A stretch of DNA of 64,000 nt from Eledone cirrhosa (Eukaryota). Shown here in pieces: positions 12,705 through 23,818 of this stretch. Under the pieces are notes generated by a model. The model did no database searches and was not told the origin of the DNA. It was given only the letters and a program-made list of their open reading frames with translations. Within the stretch, counting starts at the first letter, position 1, and each line of letters opens with the position of its first letter. The translations under genes and the position numbers were made by a program. The DNA is taken from positions 32,488,001-32,552,000 of the forward strand of contig OZ024755.1 of assembly GCA_964016885.1 (NCBI GenBank). The letters run 5' to 3'.

Positions 12705-13909
12705 TCAGTATGTAGGAAACACCAGTGATATTTACAAAAGAGTTCCATCTTAGTTATTTATGTGTTTCAGTATTTATCCATTATCTATCATTTTGTCTAA
12801 ATGTAAATTTATTTATTTATTTAATGCTGTGTCTTACAACTTCAACCTGAAATGCATTCATGATTAAGTGTTTATGTACTTTAGAGTAGGAGGAATTCTC
12901 TAATAGACCTGTATTTATTTATAGAGAGGGTTTTGTATTTTTACAAAGGTTTATAGATTAATTAGATATTGCCACAGAATGTAAGATAAATGAATGTAAT
13001 GTGTGAGATGATGAACTAAAAGTTTTGTGTGTATACTTCTACATGTACGTATGAGAGGAATCATTGTTAGGTGAGAGTTCTACAGATAACAAAATTAAGA
13101 TGACTATTTTAGTCAGCAAAGAAAACAATTTATGTAAAAGCTAAAGAGATTAAAGCAAGAATTGAAATACTGTGTGCATATTAGATTTTGAATGAAAATA
13201 AAAGTTGCTTCTGCTATCCAATTACAAATAATAGACTGGATTGGGACATAAAACACAATATGACCTGCATTCAACTTTAACCCTTGCAAAGGCATTGGGA
13301 CATTTTTCAATCTGTCAAGCTGGTGTGAAAAGACAAATCACCAGCCTCCCTTTTACAATGATTGGCTAGAAGCTGTCGCATGAGTGCTGAACTGGCTCTA
13401 TTGAAACTATTACCAATTAAAAATTGAAGCTTGTCTGAAGGAATATGCTTCTTCATAATTTAATTTGGGTTCCAATTGTCAAGAAAAACTGACTGCAAAA
13501 TATGAATTATTTAATTAAAATTTGAAAAACTAAAATAAAACAAAAAAAAAACACATAATAAAAAAAATAATTAAAAAAATAAACCAGAGAAAGAAATGTT
13601 TGGTATTTCAAGCATGTGCAACAAGCAAACATTGAGTAAGTTTTACATATTATGTGTAGGAAAGATTAAGGTCAACAGAAGGTTCTGGAAAGGGTTATGT
13701 AGAATGCTGGAAAGGGTTATGTAGAATGCTGGAATTAGTCATATGTTAGAATAAAATATATTAGAACAACTCTATTAAGTATAATGATTGAATAGCTTAT
13801 TGCAGAAACTATGTAAAATTATATATCATTGCTCATGTGTAGTGTAGACTTTCTTTATCTATATATAAATTTCTGTGATTCTGTCACAGCACAAAGAGAG
13901 AGGAGTAGT

Positions 13910-14370
13910 TTGACTACCTCATACTACTCCTCTCTCTTTATGTCTGCTGAACAGGGTGCTGCTACCATTGTTGTTGTGACTACCTCATACTACACCTATC
14001 TCTTTACGTCTGCTGAGCAGGGTTTCTGTTACCACTGTTGTTATGGCTACCTCATACTACACCTCTCTACAACAAAAACAGGGTGCTGCTACCACTGTTG
14101 TTATGACTACCTTATACTACACCTCTCTACAACAAAAACAGGGTGCTGCTACCACTGTTGTTATGACTACCTCACACTACACCTCTCTACAACAAAAACA
14201 GGGTGCTGCTACCACTGTTGTTATGGCTACCTCATACTACACCTCTCTACAACAAAAACAGGGTGCTGCTACCACTGTTGTTATGACTACCTCATACTAC
14301 ACCTCTTTACAACAAAAACAGGGTGCTGCTACCACTGTTGTTATGACTACCTCATACTACACCTCTCTCT
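13910..14370. repeat. 60-bp minisatellite, about 7 copies, followed by a (CA/TA)n tract to about 14595
   Basis: Unit GACTACCTCATACTACACCTCTCTACAACAAAAACAGGGTGCTGCTACCACTGTTGTTAT. Confidence 0.95.
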
Positions 14371-14903
14371 TCCCATATAAATGTATGCATATGCACATAC
14401 ATGCACACATATGCACATACACACACACATATGCACATATACAAATGCACATACACACACACCTATGCACATACACACACATATACACATACACACACAT
14501 ATGCACATACACACACACACATATGCACATACACATATGCACACATATGCACATACACACACATACATGTACATACACACACACACATATATAGATACGT
14601 GTCAGTTTATGGAAAAAAATTTCTAGTATTTAAAAATTACTTGATTTAAAAATATAATATCTAGGAAATTGTTGTCATTTAATTATCTGAAATGTATTGA
14701 TTAATTTAATGGTATCAGTGAATATGATAGTTGTTAGTTGTTATTGGTGTATAGCCGCAGATCAGCTGATTTCTTTCAGTAGTCAGCTGATTAGCTGTAA
14801 TTCGCAGTTCTACATTCAAATGTTTCTCTATGTCGGTTATTATTTTAAGGAATAGTCCATCTCAGCTTGCATAATCCAATGTGTTATTCTAAAGGTGATT
14901 TAA

Positions 14904-15557
14904 CCCTTCAGCATTTACATTAGGTGACACAACAAAAAGCACCAAGTCCACACTGTAAAGTGGTTGTGCAGGAGACATGGTAAAAAGGCTCCCAGTCCAC
15001 ACTATAAATGTGGTTGTGCAGGAGACATGGTAAAAAGGCTTCCAGTCCACACTATAAATGTGGTTGTGCAGGAGACATGGTAAAAAGGCTCCCAGTCCAC
15101 ACTATAAATGTGGTTGTGCAGGAGACATGGTAAAAAGGCTTCCAGTCCACACTATAAATGTGGTTGTGCAGGAGACATGGTAAAAAGGCTCCCAGTCCAC
15201 ACTGTAAATATGATTGGTGTCAGGAAGGGCATCCAGCCATAGAAATCCTGCCAGAAACAGTTCTGTATGAGTGAGACACGATCACCTGACCAATCTCGCC
15301 TCAAGTAGGACAAAACCATCCAACCCATGCTAGCGTGGAAGATGGATGTTAATGGATGATGATGATGACTCTATATATACTATTGTATTTTTGTATTAAA
15401 GGGTTTACCTCACATAATATCGAATCTACGAGATTTTGATGCTATTAATTTTGAGAACAATACCTCAACATCAGTATGAGCAACTGGCTACAGTTGGTTT
15501 GAACAGAAAGAGGTGAGAAAATTCTGGCCAGATATGGCCGGTTTAAATGCTAAAGGG
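14904..15557 (+). mobile_element. Family P MITE interrupted at about 14923-15368 by a 5'-truncated RTE/SINE tail carrying a 50-bp array (about 5 copies)
   Basis: TTAA-CCCTTCAGCATTTACATTA [insert ending in (GAT)n] CTCTATATATAC ... AAATGCTAAAGGG-TTAA. Confidence 0.85.
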
Positions 15558-15889
15558 TTAACAGCTATTTCTAGCAGATCAAGTGACCACATAAAGGCTA
15601 TTTTGTTGGCTCATCTGTATATCTGCTGTTATTTATGGATCAAACATTGTTTTACACTAACAATGTTTCTAAAGACTTGGACTGTAATCATTTGTGGTAT
15701 TTATCATGACTACTCTGTATTTATCATGACTCTGTAGTTGAAATTCTGCTTCCTGTCAGGAGTTGTGACCAACAGATAGAATCAGCAATGGAAAGACTAA
15801 TGAAAACATTGTTGCCTAGGTCCAATTCAAGAATTGGCTCTTTACTTTCCTAATATTATATTTGATGATGAAGGGTTTTAGTGCTTTAA

Positions 15890-16415
15890 TCCTGTACCAT
15901 TTACATTACTCTATATTTACTATTGCATTTTCACGGTGAACACTTTATCTCACATAATATTCTAAGCAACATAAACTCTTGTGAAGTTGCTTTATAAATA
16001 TTGTAAGCAACAAAATATTGGGAAATTGCTTTATAAATATTGTAAGCAACATAAAGTCTTGTGAAGTTGCTTTAAAAATATTCTAAGCAGTACAAAGTCT
16101 TGTGAAATTGTTTTATAAATATTCTAAGCAATACAAGTCTTGTGAAATTGCTTTATAAATATTGTAAGCAACATAAAGTCTTGTAAAATTGCTTTATAAA
16201 TATTGTAAGCAATACAAAGTCTTGTGAAATTGCTTTATAAATATTGTAAGCAACATAAAATCTTGTAAAATTGCTTTATAAATATTCTAAGCAATACAAA
16301 ACCTTGTGAAATTGAAATTGTTTTATAAATATTCTAAGCAATACAAAGTCTTTTGATATTGCTTTATAAATATTGTAAGCAATAGAAAGCCTTGTAAAAT
16401 TGCTTTATAAATATT
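15890..16415 (+). repeat. Left end of MITE P running into a minisatellite of about 41 bp (about 11 copies)
   Basis: Unit TGTAAGCAACATAAAGTCTTGTGAAATTGCTTTATAAATAT, starting at about 15960. Confidence 0.9.
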
Positions 16416-16907
16416 TAAAGAAAACAAAGACTGAGAGCAAAGAGCCAAATATTTTCTAACAATGAAATATAGAATCTACTTCAGTGATCCTTTTGCAGTG
16501 TGTTTTGTCTGAATTTTTCTATCACAGGACAAAACATTTAAATTCTTCTTGAATTAGGGTTTTAATCTAATTCTCATGACCTTTGGCAGAAAAGTTTAAA
16601 ACTTGCTCTAATGGTCTTGTAATTAAGTGATTATATACCCATGGCATGTATGTTTATTGTCACTGTTCCTAGGTTCATGTATTTCAGTTTTTTTAAATTC
16701 TTCTTCTTGTTTTAACGTTTTCGAAGAAATAGATATATTTCTCCCTCATTGTCAATGAAAGAAACAAAACATAACATGTCCAAAACATAGCTAAGTACTA
16801 GAAACAATCATCTGTATTTATCTCTTCTATATTTACTGTTTGTTAGATAGATATGGATGCAAGTCATTTTATATATATATATATATATACATATATGAAT
16901 ACATATA

Positions 16908-16964
<57 letters not shown>

Positions 16965-16967
<3 letters not shown>

Positions 16968-17178
16968 CAAAAGGGATATATTCAATTTGTTGGTAATTCA
17001 ACAAATATAAATGTTTATAACTGATTCAGAGCACTCGACAAGTTTCTGGAGTATAATATTCAATGATATTAAATAAATGGAAACTATATTTATAAAACCA
17101 TATTTATTCTTATATTTCAAGGGTACCAAAATTTTGGTACGCTATCATCAGATAAAATACAAAGTTTGTTTTATAAAT
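16965..17178 (-). mobile_element. Hammerhead-bearing element, family H1, between (TA)n tracts (stem III/I' partly deleted)
   Basis: Minus strand reads TATTTTAT-CTGATGA-TAGCGTACCAAAATTTTGGTACCCTT-GAAA. Homologous to the copies at 17780, 36590 and 43865-44525. Confidence 0.7.
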
Positions 17179-17200
17179 TTATATATATATATATATATAT

Positions 17201-17425
17201 ATATTTATTAAAATAACAGATTAAAGTTTAAGCAAAGAATCGCTGCTTTCCCCCTTAACGGGATCTTCAGAAGATCCCGTTAAAGGTGAAAGCAGTGATT
17301 CTTTGCTTAAACTTTAATTTGTTATTTTAATAAATATTTGCTCTCCGGTTCTTATATATTTGATATATTTATTCTTATCGAGCCCTCTTTGGATTTTAGT
17401 CTACCAATTTATTATTATTACTATA
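17201..17425 (+). mobile_element. Family H3 PLE-like end with a 137-bp palindrome centred in the hammerhead core
   Basis: Arms 17201-17268 and 17270-17337; homologous to 35257-35330. Confidence 0.7.
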
Positions 17426-17491
17426 TATGAATATATGAATATATATGAATATATATGAATATATATACATATATATATATATATATACATA

Positions 17492-17653
17492 ACACTGTAA
17501 ATGTGGTTGGTGTTAGGAAGGGCATCCGGCTGTAGAAAACCTGCCTATATGAGCGAGACATGGTCACCCGACCAATCTTGCCTCAAATGGAGCAATTCCC
17601 ATCTAACCCATGCTAGTGTGGAAGATAGACGTTTAAACAATGATGATGATGAT
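17492..17653 (+). mobile_element. 5'-truncated SINE/RTE tail within (TA)n
   Basis: GGTTGGTGTTAGGAAGGGCATCC domain and a (GAT)n tail. Confidence 0.8.
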
Positions 17654-17743
17654 ATATATTTATGTGTGTGTATACATATATATATACTTTGTTTTTGTAT
17701 ATGTTTTGCAAGATTTACTAGCAGCATGACTCTCCCAAAGTAT

Positions 17744-17782
<39 letters not shown>

Positions 17783-17910
17783 AAAGTTCTATTTAAAATT
17801 GTTGGGATACAACAAGTAAATATTTTTATAACTGATATAAAGCACTCGACAAGTATTTGGAGTAGATATGCGATATTAATAAATGGAAACTATATTTATA
17901 AAACCATATT

Positions 17911-17975
17911 TATTTCATTATACATATTTCAGGGATACCAAATTAAATTATGATATGCCTTCATCAGACAAAATA
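17911..17975 (-). ncRNA. Type I hammerhead motif, family H1 (element about 17780-17985)
   Basis: Minus strand reads UAUUUUGU-CUGAUGA-AGGCAUAUCA..UGGUAUCCCU-GAAA-UAUGUAU-A-AUGAAAUA. Confidence 0.7.
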
Positions 17976-18214
17976 CAATATATAACAGTTTTACAAATAA
18001 GCTTTGACGTACCCTTTTAAAATGCAACCATTATTTTTGGAAGTCATCCAGAGAAACCAATGATAAAAACCATTGGGTGGTGGACAGGTTTGTGTATCTT
18101 GGCAACACCTTAAGTGTACCATGCAGCCTTGACAATGAAATGTCATCAAGGATCATATAATTATATACTATATACTTGATTAGTATTTATTTTATTGACT
18201 TTAAATGAAAACTA

Positions 18215-18510
18215 ACCATTAGCATTTACATTACTCTATATACACTATTATATTTTCGCAGAAAATGCTTTACCTCACATCATATCTCACATAATATTGA
18301 ATTTATGAGATTTTGATTTAATTTATTTTCAGAACAATACCTTAACATAAGCTTGCAGCCAGTGACGTTGCAACTCATTTCTACAGCTGAGTAAACTGGA
18401 GCAACGTGAAATAAAGTGTCTTGCTCAAGAACACAATGCAAAGCCCGGTCTGAGAATCGAACTTACAACCTCAGGATTGTCAGTCCAGTGCCCTAACCAC
18501 TAAGCCATGT
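18215..18510. mobile_element. Partial MITE P (+) followed by a CORE-SINE head (-)
   Basis: Homology to other copies in the window. Confidence 0.75.
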
Positions 18511-19544
18511 TAAGAACATAGATATCTGTGGAATACTGAACAGGCTGTTCCATTGATTGAAACAATTTGAATGCCCATCGTTTGATTTGACAGAATGCCA
18601 GCAATAACATAAAAATATTATATATGCTTCCAGATACACCTCTATTATGAATCATGCTGTGTTAGTGCTACTGCTAATATTATATATATTGTATGGTATG
18701 CTAGACTTATCAAATGTATGTAATAAAGTATACATGTAATAGAATACTAATGAGCAATTAACGAAGCTCATTTAGGCATGCAATGGAAATAAGTGCAATT
18801 TCGTTTTGCAGCTGAGAAATCTAAATCTTTTGGCTTGGTTTCCATAATTATATGGTGTTGATGATTTCATGCTGTTTTCAATATTATGAGAAAGAGTCAT
18901 CTTCCTTAGTGGCAGATGTGTCAGTTACTTGATTCTTGATAAGAAATGTTATATAAAATGAAAGAATGTAGAAAATAATAAAAAAGAAGACAGTTCTTGA
19001 AAATAGGAATACTAGTTTGTTTAGTATGCATATCAAGAGACTGAACGGTGATGGAATATGTTTTAGAATAGGTAGACCATATAACTGCATGTTTTAGGAG
19101 GTTACTAAAAGGGTAGGTGTCAGGAAGGGTATTCGGCTTTAAAACATTGTTTCAAAACATCCCTTTTGACCTTTGCCAGAATAGATTGCAGAAACGATGA
19201 TGATGATAATGATGATGAAATAAAGTGTCTTGTTCAATGACACAAAATACTGCATGATCCAAGAATTGAACTGATGATTTTATGACTGTGATCCCACTAC
19301 CCTAGCCATTATGCCATGAGACTTCACATCTCCCAGCAAGCATGAATAAACCCTGACCAAAATGTTACTTAACTAAAATAATTCAGATTTGCAAGAGATA
19401 GTAGAACTTTAATAGGAAACAAAAGAAGGTTGAACATTGATGCTTTGATATATCCAGTTATATTAATACTTATTTTAATTATCTAGATTATGACCATCTT
19501 TTCTCCATTCTGATAGTCCTAATATCTTTTGATCTGTAATCTTT

Positions 19545-19825
19545 CATTTCATTCATTTTACGTCTGCTTTTTCCCTGTTTGCAAGGGTGGGACGGGAACT
19601 GATTCTGGCTTGATTTCTACAGCTGGATGCCCTTCCTAACACCAACCTCATTTACAGTGAGTGCTGGATGCTTTTTTGCCATGGCACCTCCACGACCACT
19701 TTGCAGTGGAATGATAGGGACCCCAGTCCCTATCATCACATTTCTACAGCTGAGTATACTGGAGCAATGTGAAATAAAGTGTCTTGCTCAAGGAAACAAC
19801 ACATCACCCGGTCTGAGAATTGAAC
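19545..19825 (-). mobile_element. CORE-SINE family B lacking most of its head
   Basis: Reverse complement of 6955-7235. Confidence 0.88.
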
Positions 19826-19844
19826 ATGTAATGACATCGTAATA

Positions 19845-20175
19845 CATCATGTATGTATGTATGGTCCCATAACTCCTGAGAGGGTCATAAGTATGCCATA
19901 TTGACATACGGAATTTCTTGGACATTTTAAGCCAGGCAGAGCCCATCCCTCTCCAGGCCTGAGTATAGCAGATTTCTTCCAGAGAAAGATAGAAAGTAAG
20001 ATAGAGGAAATGAGAAATCAACCCTAGGACTAGACTGGTATTTTTTTATCAACCTCAAAAGGATGAAAGGCAAAGTTGACCTGGGTGGGATTTGAATTCA
20101 GAGAGCAGTGAGGCGGAACAAATACCATAAAGCATTCTATCTAACATTCTAATGACTCTGCCAATTTGCCGCCTT
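19845..20175 (-). mobile_element. Nin/Deu-like SINE variant with a long alternative 3' tail ending in (CATA)n
   Basis: Family C-type domain at 20030-20100; the tail is shared with 12320-12540. Confidence 0.65.
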
Positions 20176-20216
20176 AGTACATCATAATAAATGATAATAA
20201 TCACCAACACTTTGGC

Positions 20217-20490
20217 TCACCGCCATTTTATATCTACTTTTCCATAGGTTGGAAAGGTCTTTTTCAGCACAGTATCTTTCCACTTATTGCGATCCTTTGT
20301 CCTCTCTGTGAACATCAGTGATTTGAGATCAGCTCTCACTACCTTTGCCCGGGTCTTCCTTGGTCTTCCTTCAACTGGGATTTCATGACATTTCATCACC
20401 CAGTGATCATCATCCATATGCATCACACGTCCATACCAGCACACTACATCTGATTTCTCTTATACCCAGTTTTTCTCTCAGTTCATCCAA
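20217..20490 (-). pseudogene. RTE LINE ORF C-terminal fragment
   Basis: WYGRVMHMDDDHWVMKC..PVEGRPRKT..VVRADL..KDRNKWKD is a typical RTE C-terminus. Confidence 0.8.
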
Positions 20491-20869
20491 AACAGCAGCT
20501 GCCCCACCAATTCCATCAGCTCACTGATTACCATATAACTTATTCTGCAAAACAATCTATGCTAATTTTATTTCCCCCTAAAGCTGTATTAACCAGATTC
20601 CCCATGGTTTATATCCACAATATGGTGCTTAAAACTTTATTTACTTAGCTGGAAAGAAAAGCTATTAAATAGAGATTATGAAATATATGTGAAAATTCAC
20701 TTGACTCTCTAAGCCTAGCATTATAGCAAGATGACAGAGACAGAACTTTCATGTTTATATAGAAACTGTTATTAAACTGCCGCACTATGGAAATAAGAAA
20801 ACTATTTGAAAATATCAATTACACTCTTTGACTCATCAAAACAGTAGAAGTCATTGTCTTCTTCTTTGC

Positions 20870-21200
20870 CCACTTATTCTTGAGAGGGTTGTGGGGGAGG
20901 AGTCCTCAAACACTCCTTCCAATGGGTCCTGTCAGAATCAACCGTCTCCAACTGGTCTGGTCGGATCCCCAAGCATGACCAGCCAACCTTATGGATGTTA
21001 TCCAACCATCTTGCTGGTTTGTTTTGCCCATAAAATCTGTCCAGCGATTCTTTCCTAAGACATTCTAACTACAATGATTGAAAGAATTCGATTGCGAACA
21101 CAAATGGCTGAAATGGGATTCCTCTGAAGGGTCTTTGGAGTAACTCGATAAAGTGCATAGTTTGGAGATCAGATTTAGTTGCCTCTCCTGCTACCAAATC
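20870..21200 (-). pseudogene. Rex3/Expander-like RTE LINE 3' end with an inverted 5' segment
   Basis: Minus strand 21063-20875 reads MS*ERIAGQILWAK/ARWLDNIHKVGWSCLGIRPDQLETVDSDRTHWKECLRTPPPQPSQE*. Plus strand 21064-21195 reads TMIERIRLRTQMAEMGFL*RVFGVT/DKVHSLEIR/PLLL. Confidence 0.75.
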
Positions 21201-22352
21201 ATCTAGTTGCCTCTTCTGTTGCCAGCCTGTTTAGTTGCCAACCTATTTAGTTGCCTCTTCTGTTGCCAACCTATTTAGTTGCCTCTTCTGTTGCCAACCT
21301 ATTTAGTTGCCTCTTCTGTTACAACCTATTTAGTTGCTTCTCCTGTTGCCAACCTATTTAGTTGCTTCTCCTGTTGCTAGCCTATTTAGTTGCCTCTTCT
21401 GTTGCCAACCTATTTAGTTGCTTCTCCTGTTGCCAACCTATTTAGTTGCTTCTCCTGTTGCCAACCTATTTAGTTGCTTCTCCTGTTGCTAGCCTATTTA
21501 GTTGCTTCTCCTGTTGCCAACCTATTTAGTTGCTTCTCCTGTTGCCAACCTATTTAGTTGCTTCTCCTGTTGCCAACCTATTTAGTTGCTTCTCCTGTTG
21601 CTAGCCTATTTAGTTGCCTCTCCTAGTGCCAACCTATTTAGTTACCTCTTCTGTTGCTAGCCTATTTAGTTGCCTCTCCTGTTGCCAGCCTATTTAGTTG
21701 CCTCTCCTGTTGCCAACCTATTTAGTTGCTTCTCCTGTTGCCAACCTATTTAGTTGCTTCTCCTGTTGCCAACCTATTTAGTTGCTTCTCCTGTTGCCAA
21801 CCTATTTAGTTGCTTCTCCTGTTGCCAACCTATTTAGTTGCTTCTCCTGTTGCTAGCCTATTTAGTTGCTTCTCCTGTTGCCAACCTATTTAGTTGCTTC
21901 TCCTGTTGCTAGCCTATTTAGTTGCCTCTCCTAGTGCCAACCTATTTAGTTGCCTCTTCTGTTGCCAACCTATTTAGTTGCCTCTCCTGTTGCCAACCTA
22001 TTTAGTTGCTTCTCCTGTTGCCAACCTATTTAGTTGCTTCTCCTGTTGCCAACCTATTTAGTTGCCTCTCCTGTTGCTAGCCTATTTAGTTACCTCTTCT
22101 GTTGCCAACCTATTTAGTTGCCTCTTCTGTTGCCAACCTATTTAGTTGCTTCTCCTGTTGTCAACATATTTAGTTGCCTCTTCTGTTGCCAACCTATTTA
22201 GTTGCCTCTTCTGTTGCCAACCTATTTAGTTGCTTCTCCTGTTGCCAACCTATTTAGTTGCTTCTCCTGTTGCTAGCCTATTTAGTTGCCTCTCCTAGTG
22301 CCAACCTATTTAGTTACCTCCCCTGTGGCCAGCCTATTTAGTTGCTTCTCAC
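21175..22352. repeat. 28-bp minisatellite, about 41 copies
   Basis: Unit TATTTAGTTGC(T/C)TCTCCTGTTGCCAACC. Confidence 0.97.
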
Positions 22353-22569
22353 TACATGTAAAGATATGGTGTAACTATCTGAAATCACAGTGATTATTAA
22401 TTTTTTCAGCCACCACAAAATATCTGTTAAATCTTAGACTATAATCATCATTAATAGCAATATGAGTAATTGGAAATAATTTGAGATAATTTGGCTTTGG
22501 TTAATGATTTGGAAGAATAATTTAATTAGGACAATATTATCTTGAGATTGTTTTAAATAAATTGTAAAA

Positions 22570-23010
22570 TGATAATCATCATCATCACCATCAACATCAT
22601 TGTCATCATCATCAGCATCGTCACCACCATCACAATCAATGCCATCATCATCATCATCATCACCATCGTCATCATCATTGTTACCATCATCATCGTCGTC
22701 ACCATTATTGCCACCACCATAATTATCGTCACCATTTTATATCCATTTATCCATTCTTGCATGGGTTGGACAAGTCTCTTTTCCAGCACCAGCATTGATG
22801 CCCTCATTGCACTTTTTTTTGTTATTTCTTCTGTGAGTTTCAGCAAGACAAAATCGTCTGTTGCTACCTCTGCCCAGATCTTCCTTGCTCTCCCTCTATT
22901 GCAGCTTCCTTTCACTGGGATTTCTTGGTACTTCTTCACCCAATGATCATCATCCATATGTGTCACATGTCTATACCATCACAGTCCGATCTCTTGCACA
23001 TTACACCTGG
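22570..23010 (-). pseudogene. RTE LINE 3' end with an expanded degenerate (GAT)n tail
   Basis: THMDDDHWVKKYQEIPVKGSCNRGRARKIWAEV..D, followed on the same strand by (GAT/GGT)n at 22570-22735. Confidence 0.8.
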
Positions 23011-23019
23011 TTGCTCTTA

Positions 23020-23495
23020 TTATCATCATCATCATCATCACTGTTTTACGTCCGTTCTTCCACGCTAGCATGGGTTAGATGGGTTGTCCTGTTGTGGGCA
23101 GTGTCTGGTCGGCTGACCATGACTTGCTCATACAGGAACTGATCTGGCTTGATTTCTACAGCTGGATGCCCTTCCTAACACCAACCTCATTTACAGTGAG
23201 TGCTGGGTGCTTTTTTGCCGTGGTGCCTACACGTCCACTTTACAGTGTGGGCTGGGTGCTTTTTTGCCGTGGCACCTCCACGACCACCTTGCAGTGGGAG
23301 GGTGCGGGAGCATATTGTCTATATGCTTCAGCTTGTACCCTTGGGAGGTCGGGTACTCTGTATTACTGCGTGACACCAGAGGTCACCGTCGTGTGTCTTT
23401 GCCTTTGAGAGGTGTAATTGGGTAAGGTCGGCTTTTATCACCTCTTCCCAGGTCATCTTGGGTCTCCCCACTCCGCGGTTTCCATCGACTTCTAG
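23020..23495 (-). mobile_element. RTE LINE 3' end whose 3' UTR carries the same modules as SINE B
   Basis: LEVDGNRGVGRPKMTWEEVIKADL..D.DLW..QSTRPPKGTS*; reverse complement of 63178-63656. Confidence 0.88.
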
Positions 23496-23601
23496 TATTA
23501 TATTTTCATTAAAATATGTACTAAAAGTCAATTTGAAATTTATATATATTTTTGATCTTTGCATTTCAGGTTTTTTTGAGAGAATGCTAAGAATGTTTTA
23601 A

Positions 23602-23810
23602 CCCTTTACCATTTACATTACTCTATATATACTATTGTATTTTCACAGAAAAGGCTTTACCTCACATTACATCGAATCTACCAGATTTTGATGATATTTA
23701 TATTTTGAGAACAACACATTAACATCAGTATGAGTGGCCAGTTGCAGCTAGTTTGAACAGAAAGAGGTGAGGGAATTCTGGCCAGATATGACCGGTTTAA
23801 AGGCTGAGAA
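23602..23810 (+). mobile_element. Family P MITE, single copy
   Basis: Starts TTAA-CCCTTTACCATTT; the right TIR is degraded. Confidence 0.8.
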
Positions 23811-23818
23811 TTGTTTAA

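Noticed and set aside
13829-14594. Cys-rich repeat ORF (TGCCYHCCYDY)
   Set aside because: It is a 60-bp minisatellite open in two frames, with no supporting gene structure.
23545-23600. Splice-acceptor-like TTTGCATTTCAG
   Set aside because: No convincing exon or donor follows before the MITE. A micro-exon cannot be excluded without RNA data.
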